In this document: in pieces, positions 29,041 through 38,984 of the stretch
Layout of the letters: every line of letters begins with the position of its first letter
Position numbering within the stretch: position 1 is the first letter of the stretch
Assembly (NCBI GenBank): GCA_041750795.1
Contig: JBGSYQ010000371.1
Coordinates: forward strand, 8,253 to 72,252
DNA: 64,000 nucleotides
Direction: 5' to 3'
From: Pirellulales bacterium
GTDB lineage: Bacteria > Planctomycetota > Planctomycetia > Pirellulales > PALSA-1355
The notes under the pieces: model-generated
Databases searched by the model: none
What the model was told of the DNA's origin: nothing
The model's input: only the letters and a program-made list of their open reading frames with translations
Made by a program: the position numbers and the translations under genes

Positions 29041-30801
29041 TTATTGCTGGGCGACGATGGCCGCCGGAGCAGGCATCGCCGCGGTGGCTTCGTCGTGGAT
29101 GCGGGGCGCCTTGACGTCTTTCGTCCAGGTGGCCAGCTCGTTGACGGTCTGGTCCACGCTGGGGGTCATGTAATTGAAGATCGCTTGCGGGTACACGCCG
29201 AATACGATCGCCAACGCCAACAGCGGCGCGGCGATCAGCACCTCGCGCGAGGTCATGGGCGTGAGCGCCTCGGGATGCGGGCCCTTGTATTCCGGACCCA
29301 GGTACACGCGCTGCAATGTCCACAAGATGTAGGCCGCGGTGATAATCACCACCGAGGCCGACACCACGGCCAGCGCGTGGCTGAAGTTCCAAACCGAGAG
29401 CGTGACGAACACTTCGCCGATGAAGCCGCACAGACCGGGCAAGCCCAGGCCGGCGAAGAAAATGCCGATCGACAAACCGGCGTACAGCGGCATCTTGGCG
29501 AACAGCCCGCCAAACTTGTCCAGGTCGCGGTGGTGTACGCGATCGTAAATCACGCCGACCAGAAAGAACATGCCCGGCGAGCTGATGCCGTGCGCGATCA
29601 TCTGGAACATGGCGCCGTTCATGCCCAGCTTCCAGGCATCGGCGTTGAACTCGTTGCCGGCCACGGCGCTCCATACGCCGATGCCCAACACGACGTAGCC
29701 CATGTGACTCACCGAGCTATAGGCCACCAGCCGCTTGAAGTCCTTCTGGGCCAGCGCGGCAAACGCGCCATACACCATGCTCACCACGCCCAAAGCGCAC
29801 ACGAAGTAGGCCAGGTCGTAGCCCGCGTCGGGGCAGATGGGATAGCAGATTCGTATGATGCCGTAGCCTCCCATTTTCAAAAGCACGCCGGCCAGGATCA
29901 TGGAGATGGGCGTCGGCGCTTCGACGTGCGCGTCGGGCAGCCAGGTATGTACCGGCACGGACGGCACTTTGATGACGAAACCGACGAGCAGCAGCAGGAA
30001 GGCCCACCATTGCAGGCTCTTGCCCCACAGGATCTTGACGTCGAAGGCTTCGGTGTGCTGACCGATTTGCTGCAGCGCCAGGATGTTGAACGTGTGGATC
30101 GGGCCAGCGTGGGCGCGCAGCTCGCCGATCCGGGCGGTCTGTTCTTCCAGGGGCAGGCTGGCGTCGATGACGTGCGCGGCGGCGAGTTGTTCGTCGGAGA
30201 GCAACTTCACGTCGCTAGCGAAGTACAGCATGAGGATGGCGATCAGCATGAACACGCTGCCCAGCAGCGTATAGAGAAAGAACTTGATGGCGGCGTATTC
30301 GCGCCGCGGCCCGCCCCACACGCCGATCAGGAAGTACATCGGCAGCAGCATCACTTCCCAGAACACGTAGAACAGGAAGAAATCGAGCGCCAGGAAAACG
30401 CCCAGCATGCCTGTCTCCAGCAGCAGAAACAGAATGCAGTAGGCGCGCACGTACTTGGTGATGGGCCAACTGGCCGCCATCGACAGCATGCTCACAAACG
30501 CCGTCAGCACGATCAGCGGAAAGCTGATGCCGTCGGTGCCCATGAAGTAGTAGATGTTGAAGCTCTCGATCCACGGCAGCGAGAATGTCTTTTGCATGTC
30601 GCTGACGCCCACTTGAAATTGCCAATCCCCTTTGCCCGGCAACAACATGATGAGCGTGAGCACGAACACCGCGGCCGTGACGACCAGCGAGAACGTCTTC
30701 ATCGCGTCGCCCTTGTCGCGCGGGAAGAACGCCAGCACCAGCGCACCCGCGGCCGGCAAAAACACAATCAGGCTCAACAGCGTTACGTAAGAAGATTCCA
30801 T
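29041..30801 (-). CDS. nuoM: NADH-quinone oxidoreductase subunit M
   Basis: 586 aa. NuoM-type N-terminus (LLSLIVFLPAAGALVLAF) and conserved WLPDAHVEAPT motif. Confidence 0.9.
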   Translation of the reverse strand: MESSYVTLLSLIVFLPAAGALVLAFFPRDKGDAMKTFSLVVTAAVFVLTLIMLLPGKGDWQFQVGVSDMQKTFSLPWIESFNIYYFMGTDGISFPLIVLTAFVSMLSMAASWPITKYVRAYCILFLLLETGMLGVFLALDFFLFYVFWEVMLLPMYFLIGVWGGPRREYAAIKFFLYTLLGSVFMLIAILMLYFASDVKLLSDEQLAAAHVIDASLPLEEQTARIGELRAHAGPIHTFNILALQQIGQHTEAFDVKILWGKSLQWWAFLLLLVGFVIKVPSVPVHTWLPDAHVEAPTPISMILAGVLLKMGGYGIIRICYPICPDAGYDLAYFVCALGVVSMVYGAFAALAQKDFKRLVAYSSVSHMGYVVLGIGVWSAVAGNEFNADAWKLGMNGAMFQMIAHGISSPGMFFLVGVIYDRVHHRDLDKFGGLFAKMPLYAGLSIGIFFAGLGLPGLCGFIGEVFVTLSVWNFSHALAVVSASVVIITAAYILWTLQRVYLGPEYKGPHPEALTPMTSREVLIAAPLLALAIVFGVYPQAIFNYMTPSVDQTVNELATWTKDVKAPRIHDEATAAMPAPAAIVAQQ

Positions 30802-30839
30802 GATCGGCTATTCCGAAGTCTCGTGGGCGTGCGCGTCGA

Positions 30840-33305
30840 TCACCCAGCCAGCGTGGACGTGTAAAGCGAAATCAGAAGAAACAGCGCCACCGTACCGATG
30901 ACGATGAACATGACATACTGCCGTATCTGGCCGGTCTCTGCGCCGCGGAGCCAAACGGCCGTGCGGAAGATCCATCGCGAAGCGCCGTTGACCAGCCCGT
31001 CGACGAAGTAGCGGTCGAAGCGGTCGTCGAGCACCGACACGCCCCGGGTCCAGAGGGCCACGCCATGGATCAGCCCGTCGATCACCACCTGGTCGAACTC
31101 GGCCACGCGTCGCGCGACGAACATCACCGGTGTCACGATAATGGCGTTGTACAACTCGTCGAAGTACCACTTGTGAATCAAAAAGTCGTAGATCGGCCGG
31201 AACTGCGCCCGCACTTCCTCGGGATTCAAAATCCGCAGACCGTAGAACACAATCGCCAGACCCAGCCCCGTCAGGCCGGTCAGCAGCGCCACCAATTCGG
31301 CCCGGGAATGGAACTGATCCAGGTGTGAGTCGTGCTCGTCGGGATGTACAACGTTCATCAACACGCCGTGGACTTCGCCGGATGTGCCCAAGGGGCGCGC
31401 CTGCTCGAGGAGCGGCTCGACGCCGAAGTTGCCCACCAGGCCGTCGATGTTAAACGTGTTGGTGCTCCAGCCCGCAGCCACCGCAAACACGGCCAGGACG
31501 ACCAGCGGCACGTACATGATGCGCGGCGACTCGTGGGCGTGATCGTATACGTGCTTGTTGCGCGGCGCACCGGCAAACGTCATGAACCACAGCCGGAACA
31601 TATAAAAGGCAGTGATTGCCGCGCCGCCGGCAGCCACGAAAAACACCCAGCCGTACATCGGATTGACCGCGCGAAACGAGAGCGCCTGGGCCAGGATCGA
31701 ATCCTTCGAATAGTGTCCGGACAAGCCCAGCGAAAACGGCACGCCGGCGCCCATGATTGCCAGGCAGCCGACCAACATGGTGTAGGCGGTCCAGGGCATT
31801 TTCTTCCGCAGCCCGCCCATCTCGGTCATCTCGTTGGTGTGACAGGCGTGGATCACCGAGCCGGAGCACATGAACAGCAAGCTCTTGAAAAACGCGTGCG
31901 TGATCAGGTGGAACATGCCGGCCGACCAGCCGCCCACGCCCAGGGCGAGCATCATGTAACCGAGTTGGCTGACGGTGGAATAGGCCAGCACGCGCTTGAT
32001 GTCGGTGGCGGTGATGGCGATGGTCGCGGCGATGAACAGCGTGATCGCGCCGATAATGGCAATGGTCAACAACACCTCGGGCACGAACACGGGAAAGAAC
32101 CGGCCCACGAGATACACGCCGGCGGCGACCATCGTGGCCGAGTGGACCAGGGCGCTGACCGGCGTGGGGCCTTCCATCGCGTCGGGCAACCAGACGTGCA
32201 GCGGAAACTGCGCGCTCTTGCCCACGCAACCGCAGAAAATGCCCAGCCCGGCGATGATCATCAGCCAATAGGCCCAGTGTCCGGGGGTGCCGGGCGCCGT
32301 GTCGGCGCGCCAGGCGGCGATTTGTTCGGCGGTGGGCTCGACCCCGGCGGCGATCTGTTCGAACGCGGCGGCTTTGATCATGCCGTCGGGCACGATGAGC
32401 TGGTGATCGGCGCCGGGGCGTACCAGGCTAAAGATGCCCGGCTGGCCGTCGACGTCGCCGAACGAAAACGTGCCCAGCGTGCCGAACAGGACCATCATGC
32501 CGATGATCATGCCGAAGTCGCCCACGCGGTTGACGATGAAGGCTTTGTTGGCCGCGTTCGAGGCGCTTTTTCGCTCGATGTAGAAGCCGATCAGAAAATA
32601 GGAACAGATGCCCACCAGTTCCCAAAAGACGAACACCATCGCCATGTTGCCGGCAATGACGATGCCCAGCATGCTGAAGCAAAACAGCGAAAGATACTGG
32701 AAGAAGCGATGGAAGCGGCCCTTGCGGTGCAGATGATGGCCATCGGCCAGACGCACCTCGTGATCCTCCACGTCGTGCAGCTCGTCGTGCATGTAGCCGA
32801 TGGCGTAGAAGTGGATGCTGGTGGCGATGAACGTCACCATCGCGAACATCAACACCGTCAGCGAATCGATGTAGTAGCCGATAGTGATCTTCAGCTCGCC
32901 GAACTTGCCGAGCGTGTACCAATCGCCGGTGATGGGCCGGACGGCCGATTCGGCGTGTGAAGCGCCGCCGTGGGCTGCCGGGTGCTCCTTGCTTCCCGCG
33001 TGACCGTCCTTTGCGCGATGGTTGTCGTCGGCGTGCTCGCCGGCCGCATGCGCGTCGCCGGTGCGGGACTCGGCCGTGATGTGCGGTTCGACGGGGCCGG
33101 GCAGCTTGTAGTTGGGCAGCCACACGAAGAACAGCGCGAAAAGCGAGAGCAAGCAAGAGGTGAGAATCGCGCCAGTGGCGACCCAGCCGGCCTTGGCGCC
33201 GGCTTTGCCCATGCGCGGTCCGAAGAACACGATCAGCGCGAACGACGCCAGCGGAATCAGCCAGGCGGCTCCCAACAACTTCGGTAAGGCAGTGATTGGA
33301 TCCAT
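30840..33305 (-). CDS. nuoL: NADH-quinone oxidoreductase subunit L (with a His-rich loop insertion and other insertions)
   Basis: 821 aa. NuoL-type N-terminus (AAWLIPLASFALIVFFG), the WLPDAMEGPTPVSALVH motif and a long C-terminal lateral-helix region. Its start overlaps the nuoK stop (TGATG). Confidence 0.9.
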   Translation of the reverse strand: MDPITALPKLLGAAWLIPLASFALIVFFGPRMGKAGAKAGWVATGAILTSCLLSLFALFFVWLPNYKLPGPVEPHITAESRTGDAHAAGEHADDNHRAKDGHAGSKEHPAAHGGASHAESAVRPITGDWYTLGKFGELKITIGYYIDSLTVLMFAMVTFIATSIHFYAIGYMHDELHDVEDHEVRLADGHHLHRKGRFHRFFQYLSLFCFSMLGIVIAGNMAMVFVFWELVGICSYFLIGFYIERKSASNAANKAFIVNRVGDFGMIIGMMVLFGTLGTFSFGDVDGQPGIFSLVRPGADHQLIVPDGMIKAAAFEQIAAGVEPTAEQIAAWRADTAPGTPGHWAYWLMIIAGLGIFCGCVGKSAQFPLHVWLPDAMEGPTPVSALVHSATMVAAGVYLVGRFFPVFVPEVLLTIAIIGAITLFIAATIAITATDIKRVLAYSTVSQLGYMMLALGVGGWSAGMFHLITHAFFKSLLFMCSGSVIHACHTNEMTEMGGLRKKMPWTAYTMLVGCLAIMGAGVPFSLGLSGHYSKDSILAQALSFRAVNPMYGWVFFVAAGGAAITAFYMFRLWFMTFAGAPRNKHVYDHAHESPRIMYVPLVVLAVFAVAAGWSTNTFNIDGLVGNFGVEPLLEQARPLGTSGEVHGVLMNVVHPDEHDSHLDQFHSRAELVALLTGLTGLGLAIVFYGLRILNPEEVRAQFRPIYDFLIHKWYFDELYNAIIVTPVMFVARRVAEFDQVVIDGLIHGVALWTRGVSVLDDRFDRYFVDGLVNGASRWIFRTAVWLRGAETGQIRQYVMFIVIGTVALFLLISLYTSTLAG

Positions 33306-33646
33306 CAGCCGCTGAGCTCGTCCGCCTGGTCAACGTCGACCGTGGAATGGTTGTTGTAGAAGTTGAGAGTGATGGCCAGTGCCACGGCGGCTTCGGCCGC
33401 GGCCAGCACGATGACGAACAAGGCCACCAGTTGCCCGTCGAGTCCGACTCCCATTACGCCCGGCCGCAGGTACTCGCTGCCAAAGGCGACGAAGTTGACG
33501 TTGGCGCCGTTGAGCACCAGCTCGATGCCCATCAGCACGCCCAGCGCGTTGCGCTTGGTGGCCATGCACACGGCGCCGGCGACAAACATGATCGCGCCGA
33601 CCACTAGGTAGTGCGAGATGCCAATCGGTTCGACAAATGGATTCAT
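33305..33646 (-). CDS. nuoK: NADH-quinone oxidoreductase subunit K
   Basis: 113 aa, three TM segments, conserved GIELVLNGANVNFV and AAAEAAV motifs. Confidence 0.9.
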   Translation of the reverse strand: MNPFVEPIGISHYLVVGAIMFVAGAVCMATKRNALGVLMGIELVLNGANVNFVAFGSEYLRPGVMGVGLDGQLVALFVIVLAAAEAAVALAITLNFYNNHSTVDVDQADELSG

Positions 33647-33695
33647 CGTAATGCTTGTAGAAGTTTTTCGAGGTTTGCCGGCGGCGGGGCGCCGA

Positions 33696-34286
33696 CTACT
33701 GGTTTTCGTGGTTGGATGCCCGTCGCTTGGGGCGGGCCAGGTAAGCTGAGCCGATCAGCACCACCAGCAAATGCACCGATATGATTTCGAACGGCAGCAA
33801 GTAGCCCGACATGCCGCCGCGCTGCGTGGCGTCGGACTCTTCCAGCTTGTCGACGCGGGCTCCCATCAGCGCCAATCCCAAGCGCGTGGCGGTGACCTGT
33901 GTCCCGGCAGGGCGCTCGGCCGGCCTTTGCCAGGCTTCGACGCTGGTGGCCGCGGCCAGCAGCACAGTCAGCAACGAACCGCCGACGAACGCCGCCAGAA
34001 TCCACTCGCCGGCCGACGTTTTCATGGTGATGAACGGCCCCTTGACCGTGAGCATCACGCCGAAGATCAACAGCACCAGCGTGCCGCCGACATAGATCAT
34101 CAACTGCATGGCGCCGACGAAATCGGCCCCGGCCAGAAAGAACAAGCCGGAGGTCGCGCCGAGCGAGAGGATCAGGTAGAACGCCATCCGCACGATGTTG
34201 TTGGAAAGCACCACCGCCACGGCAAAGATGCACGCGACCGCTGCGAACAACCAGAAGAGCAACGAGCTGAAATTGATCGCGTCCAC
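33696..34286 (-). CDS. nuoJ: NADH-quinone oxidoreductase subunit J
   Basis: 196 aa from GTG 34286, 2 nt after the nuoH stop, with GGGAGAA upstream. NuoJ-like motifs FWLFAAVACIFAVAVVLSNNIVRMAF and LLPFEIISVHLLVVLIG. Confidence 0.85.
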   Translation of the reverse strand: MDAINFSSLLFWLFAAVACIFAVAVVLSNNIVRMAFYLILSLGATSGLFFLAGADFVGAMQLMIYVGGTLVLLIFGVMLTVKGPFITMKTSAGEWILAAFVGGSLLTVLLAAATSVEAWQRPAERPAGTQVTATRLGLALMGARVDKLEESDATQRGGMSGYLLPFEIISVHLLVVLIGSAYLARPKRRASNHENQ

Positions 34287-34288
34287 GG

Positions 34289-35518
34289 CTATTCTCCCGG
34301 CCCTGCTTGTGCAATCGCCGTTGCGGCGCGCGTCGACGCCGTCTTGTCGGACTCCGCCGGCGCGACCGACGGATACGTGCCAACCGCTGGGATCAACTGC
34401 CCCTCGCGCACCGGCCCGTAGTTGTTCGGGACGACGAGACCGCCGGGAATGAAATAGGTCCAGAGCATGGCACCCAAAAACATCACCGCCGCGATCGGCG
34501 TGCAGTATTTCAAGCACGTGGTCATCACCTGGTCGATGCGCAGCCGCGGCAGCGTCCAGCGGACCCACATCATGAACGTCACGCCGAAGATGCACTTGCC
34601 AACAAAGTTCACCAGGCCAAGAAAATTGCCCAGGTAGTGCAATACCGGGTTGGTGGCGTCGGCCAGTCCCAGCCAGTGCGTGATCGGCAACGGTCCATTC
34701 CAACCGCCGAAGAACAAAATGGCCGCCAGCCCGCTCACGGCGAACATCGAGCCGTATTCGGACAGGAAGAACACGCTCCAGCGAAATCCCGAGTACTCGG
34801 TGTGGAAGCCGGCCACCAACTCGCTTTCGGCTTCGGCCAGATCGAACGGCGCGCGATTGACGCTGGCCGTGGCGCAGGTGAAGTAGACCCCAAAAATGAT
34901 GAACGTGAACGGATCGTGAAAGACGAACCACTGGGTGAACATGCCGGCCTGCATCTGGCCGATCGTCACCAGGTCCATCGTGCCGGCGATCAGCACCGGC
35001 ACCACGACGCACATCCCCAACGGCACTTCGTAGCTGACGACCTGAGCCGCCTCGCGCATGGCGCCGAACAGCGACCACTTCGAGCCGGAGGCGTAACCGG
35101 CCAGAATGACGCCGAACACTTCGAGTCCGAGCACGGCCAGAATGAAGAACACGGCAACGTTGAGCCGAATGGCGACCCAGTTGTCGGCAAAGGGGAGCGC
35201 CATATAGGCGCCGAATGAAGCGATGAAGCCGACGTACGGCGCGATCAAAAACAGCATACGGTCGGCGCCGGCCGGACGTAGATCTTCTTTGGTAACCAGC
35301 TTGATGGCGTCGGCCAGTGTTTGCAGCCAGCCGAACTTGCCGCCGATGCGCGTGGGACCGAGCCGGTCTTGAATGCGGCCCGAGACTTTACGCTCCAGCC
35401 AAATGAACACTAGCGCACTGACGGCCAGCACGTTGACCAGCAAGAAGGCGTGGACCAGCGCGGCGACCAGATAGGCCAGCCACTCGGGAGCGAGAAACTG
35501 TCGTAGGTATTCAGCCAC
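34289..35518 (-). CDS. nuoH: NADH-quinone oxidoreductase subunit H (with a C-terminal extension)
   Basis: 409 aa. NuoH motifs ERKVSGRIQDRLGPTR and APFDLAEAESELVAGFHTEYSG. Confidence 0.92.
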   Translation of the reverse strand: MAEYLRQFLAPEWLAYLVAALVHAFLLVNVLAVSALVFIWLERKVSGRIQDRLGPTRIGGKFGWLQTLADAIKLVTKEDLRPAGADRMLFLIAPYVGFIASFGAYMALPFADNWVAIRLNVAVFFILAVLGLEVFGVILAGYASGSKWSLFGAMREAAQVVSYEVPLGMCVVVPVLIAGTMDLVTIGQMQAGMFTQWFVFHDPFTFIIFGVYFTCATASVNRAPFDLAEAESELVAGFHTEYSGFRWSVFFLSEYGSMFAVSGLAAILFFGGWNGPLPITHWLGLADATNPVLHYLGNFLGLVNFVGKCIFGVTFMMWVRWTLPRLRIDQVMTTCLKYCTPIAAVMFLGAMLWTYFIPGGLVVPNNYGPVREGQLIPAVGTYPSVAPAESDKTASTRAATAIAQAGPGE

Positions 35519-35751
35519 CGCCCACAGGTCCTAAAACAAACGCTCCCTGCACCGACATTTCGCGGTAGCGCGGCACATCTGGTCGCAGGAAGATATTGTT
35601 GATGATGGTTCGAGGCCAGTTTTGCGCCGCATTAAGATCGTGAAATATCGCACAAACTACCCTCGATCGACAAGCCCCTGCCCGCCAAAAGTTTGCACGC
35701 ACGCCACGCGAACGACCTCGGCAATTCGGGATCCGACAGCGCGGCATCGAC

Positions 35752-36960
35752 CTATCGGTCGATTTCTCCCATGACGATGTCGAGCGAGCCGACGATTGCC
35801 GGCACGTCGGCAATCAGGCAGCCGCGGCACAGTTCGTGGGTGACCGACAAATTGCAGAAGGAACTGCTGCGGGCACGGGCTCGCCAGGGAATGGCGCCGC
35901 CGCCGTTGGACACGATGTAGAAGCCCATTTGGCCGCGTGGGGCCTCGGTTTCCATGTAGGCTTCGCCCTTGGGCAGCTTTTCGGTCAGCTTGACCGGCTC
36001 GCCCCAGGAGCCTGTTGACGTGCTATAGCGGTCGATGGCCTGGCGCACCAGATCGATCGACTGCATCACCTCGAGCATGCGCACGTAGAATCGGTGCCAG
36101 CAGTCGCCCAAAACGGTCTGCTTGGGAACCGGCGGATAGTCGTGATCCTTGGGATAGTGGCCGTCCTTCTCGACGATTACCTCGAAGGCATAACCGTCGT
36201 ACATCTCGGTATAGCGCTGTTCGCCATCGCGGCGCAGGTCGTGATCGACGCCACTGCCGCGCAACACGGGTCCGGTGCAGCCGTAGTCGATGGCCATCTC
36301 GGGCGAAAGCATGCCGATGCCCGCGGTGCGCCGCACGAAGATGGCGTTGCTGGTCAACAGCGTGTGATACTCACTGATCACCGGCAGCAGTTGATCGAGA
36401 AACTCTTCACACTTCTGCAGCCAACCGGCCGGCAGATCGGCCGTGGCGCCGCCGACGGTCAAGTAGCTGTAGGTCAGCCGCGCTCCGCAAGCTTCTTCGA
36501 ACAGGTCGAGAATCTTCTCGCGCTCGCGGAAGGCGTACAAGAACGGGCTGAATGTGCCCAGGTCGAGCCCGTAAGCGCCCATCCCCACCAGATGGCTGGC
36601 GATGCGGTTGAGCTCGACGATCAACACGCGCAAGTGCCGGGCTTTTTCCGGCAGTTGCAGATTCATCAGTTTTTCCACCACCAGCGCCCAGCCGAGATTC
36701 ATGTTCATCCCAGCCAGGTAGTCCATTCGATCGGTGTAAGGAATCCACTGCCGCGGCGTCAGGTTCTCACCGATCTTTTCGGCACAACGGTGCAAATAAC
36801 CGATGTGCGGCGTGGTTTCCGAGACGACTTCACCGTCGGTGCGCAACACCAGCCGCAGCACGCCGTGCGTGCTGGGATGCTGCGGACCCATGTTCACCAA
36901 CATCTCGTCGGTGCGAACGTCGAACTCGATGATCCGCGGGTCGTCTAATTGAGTGGACAT
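35752..36960 (-). CDS. nuoD: NADH-quinone oxidoreductase subunit D (49-kDa subunit)
   Basis: 402 aa. NuoD motifs MLVNMGPQHPSTHGVLRL and a C-terminal end DIVMGEIDR. Confidence 0.93.
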   Translation of the reverse strand: MSTQLDDPRIIEFDVRTDEMLVNMGPQHPSTHGVLRLVLRTDGEVVSETTPHIGYLHRCAEKIGENLTPRQWIPYTDRMDYLAGMNMNLGWALVVEKLMNLQLPEKARHLRVLIVELNRIASHLVGMGAYGLDLGTFSPFLYAFREREKILDLFEEACGARLTYSYLTVGGATADLPAGWLQKCEEFLDQLLPVISEYHTLLTSNAIFVRRTAGIGMLSPEMAIDYGCTGPVLRGSGVDHDLRRDGEQRYTEMYDGYAFEVIVEKDGHYPKDHDYPPVPKQTVLGDCWHRFYVRMLEVMQSIDLVRQAIDRYSTSTGSWGEPVKLTEKLPKGEAYMETEAPRGQMGFYIVSNGGGAIPWRARARSSSFCNLSVTHELCRGCLIADVPAIVGSLDIVMGEIDR

Positions 36961-37041
36961 GGTGGAGTTGTGGTCAGCGGCTAGGAGTCAGGGGTATCTG
37001 TCGTTGTTGATCACTGGCCTCTGGCCACTGACCAATATCTC

Positions 37042-37572
37042 TCAGCGGCCTCGGATTCCGTGGTATTCGAGGGGCATCTGGTAGTCCTTGCGCAACGGAT
37101 GGCCGACCCAGTCTTCGGGACAGAGGATGCGGCGCAGGTCGGGATGGCCGGTAAAGGTCACGCCAGATAGATCATAAACTTCGCGCTCGTGCCAATCGGC
37201 GGTGCTCCACACACCGCTGACCGAGGGAACCTCGGGCAATTCGCCCGGCTTGTCGTCCTTCCAGCGCGGCAGGATGACCTTCAGGACCAGCGTGGTCTTG
37301 CTGGGGAGGCTCGACAGATGGTAGACGACCTCGGTGTGCGGTTTCCAGTCGACCTTGACAGCCTTTTTCTCGTCCGGCTCGAAGTAATCGACGCCGCTGA
37401 TGCAGTTGAGCATGTCGAACCGCAGGTCGGGCTCGTCGCGCAGATAAGTGCAAAGTTCGACCAGCCCGTGGGGCGCCACTTCGATCCAGGGATCGATTGC
37501 CGACAGGTTTTCGCCGGTGATCTTGTCGCCGAATTTGCTTTTCAGCCGTTCGAGGAAGGCCGTGCCGCTCAT
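37042..37572 (-). CDS. nuoC: NADH-quinone oxidoreductase subunit C (30-kDa subunit)
   Basis: About 176 aa from ATG 37572. NuoC motifs WHEREVYDLSGVTFTGHPDLRRIL and PLRKDY. Confidence 0.88.
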   Translation of the reverse strand: MSGTAFLERLKSKFGDKITGENLSAIDPWIEVAPHGLVELCTYLRDEPDLRFDMLNCISGVDYFEPDEKKAVKVDWKPHTEVVYHLSSLPSKTTLVLKVILPRWKDDKPGELPEVPSVSGVWSTADWHEREVYDLSGVTFTGHPDLRRILCPEDWVGHPLRKDYQMPLEYHGIRGR

Positions 37573-37652
37573 GGTGTTGTCAATTTCCCGCGTGGGCCGC
37601 TCACAGGCGAGCGGCAAAGGTGGCTTTGGATGGTGTTTTTTCGAGGAACACG

Positions 37653-38294
37653 TCAGGGCGTCAGTGCAGGCTCTTGCTCTTGGGTGCGCGGAGGGCGCGT
37701 CAGTTGCGCGGCGCGCTCACGCGACAGGGTGCGGATCCAATCGAGATCGCCGCGCTTCCAGACATAGGCAAAGCCCACCAACAGCACGGCGAAGAACACG
37801 AGAATGTCGAAGATTGCGATCATCGCGATCGTGCTGGCCAATTGGGTCACGGCCAATTCACCCTGGAGCTGTGTCGAGAGCCCCGCGGCCGATTCGGCCA
37901 GTCCCTCGGGCAGCGGCGGCACGGCGGCGTTGTTGACGCCCATTTCGGTAAACAGTGCCGCGGCCGGTTCGGTGAGCGTGCCTTCGGCGGTGACCTTGGC
38001 CAGATTCGGATCCATCAAGTGCGTGGCCTTACCAAACACCGTGGCCCAGGGAAAGAAGAGTGCTACCTCAACGTCGAAGATGATGAACAGCAGCGCCACC
38101 ACGTAGAACCGCAGATCGAACTGCACGAAGCTGGAACCGATCGTGGGCTCGCCGCACTCGTAGACTTCCAGCTTTTCGGCGTTGGGCAACTTGGGGCGCA
38201 ACAGCCAGCCGACGACCAACGTCAGAAACAAAAACGCGAAACCGACGAAGACGAACAGGGCCAGATAGGCCACGATCGTGGTGGGAGTAGCCAT
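37653..38294 (-). CDS. nuoA: NADH-quinone oxidoreductase subunit A (expanded TM2-TM3 loop and C-terminal tail)
   Basis: 213 aa from ATG 38294. NuoA motifs YECGEP, FDLRFYVVALLFIIFDVEVALFFPWA and WKRGDLDW. There are about 55 extra residues between the second and third TM segments. Confidence 0.85.
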   Translation of the reverse strand: MATPTTIVAYLALFVFVGFAFLFLTLVVGWLLRPKLPNAEKLEVYECGEPTIGSSFVQFDLRFYVVALLFIIFDVEVALFFPWATVFGKATHLMDPNLAKVTAEGTLTEPAAALFTEMGVNNAAVPPLPEGLAESAAGLSTQLQGELAVTQLASTIAMIAIFDILVFFAVLLVGFAYVWKRGDLDWIRTLSRERAAQLTRPPRTQEQEPALTP

Positions 38295-38501
38295 GACTGC
38301 TGGTTGCTTCCGCGCGAAACCGGACTTCAGCCGGCAAAGCTCAAACAATGCGAAGCGTGCATTGTAGGAAAGACGCGTGCGTGCATGCAAGCCGGTTGCT
38401 TGCCAAGGGCGTCGAAGCGCTCCAACGAACCGAAGCCCTCCGACGAAGCGGCGCCCTCCGACGAAGCGGCACAGCGGAGCTTTGAGGCCGGGCAGCGGCC
38501 G

Positions 38502-38975
38502 CTATGGCTGAGAGTCGTCGTCGCTGGCACCGCTGCCGGCATCGCTCAGGCTGCCGGCCACCAAGGATTGCCGCCCACGAAAACCGGCGTCCAGCTCGTG
38601 CCAGTTGGTGACTTCGCTCTCGCCCAGCTTCCAGCAGAGAAACACGATCCGCTCGTCCATCTGCGAGGGAAAATCGACCAGGCCCTCGGGACCGCTCTTG
38701 GGCTCGACGCCCAAGGCGCGCAATTCCTCGACGTACTCGCCCAATTGCGCGCTGTCTTTTTCCAGTTCTTCCTCGATCTGGGCCAGTTCCTCGCTATAGG
38801 GATCGCCGACCGCGGCGTTGCGCCCAGCCGTCAAATGCGCCAATCGCTCGCGCCGCTCCATCACCTCGCGCGACAGCCGCACCAGGTCGGCAGTGATCGA
38901 GCGCACCAACGGCAATGCCGCGTTGGCCTGCTCGACCGTAAATAGCCGCTTGGGGCGATAGGGCTCGGTGGTCAT
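38502..38975 (-). CDS. DUF2203-like protein encoded between nuoI and nuoA
   Basis: 157 aa. The N-terminus KRLFTVEQANAALPLV and a central coiled segment match my recollection of the DUF2203 family. Acidic Ser/Asp tail. Confidence 0.55.
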   Translation of the reverse strand: MTTEPYRPKRLFTVEQANAALPLVRSITADLVRLSREVMERRERLAHLTAGRNAAVGDPYSEELAQIEEELEKDSAQLGEYVEELRALGVEPKSGPEGLVDFPSQMDERIVFLCWKLGESEVTNWHELDAGFRGRQSLVAGSLSDAGSGASDDDSQP

Positions 38976-38984
38976 GGTGTCGTT

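Noticed and set aside
35511-35813. 100-aa ORF in the nuoD-nuoH spacer.
   Set aside because: It overlaps both the nuoH start and the nuoD end and has non-coding-like composition and no motif. I treat 35519-35751 as an untranslated intra-operon spacer.
36971-37034. Imperfect long-range inverted repeat tggtcagcggc / ggccactgacca in the nuoC-nuoD spacer.
   Set aside because: Ten of 11 positions pair, but the loop is 41 nt and contains competing short repeats. It could be an mRNA processing or stability element but is weak on its own. It is mentioned only as context for the nuo locus.
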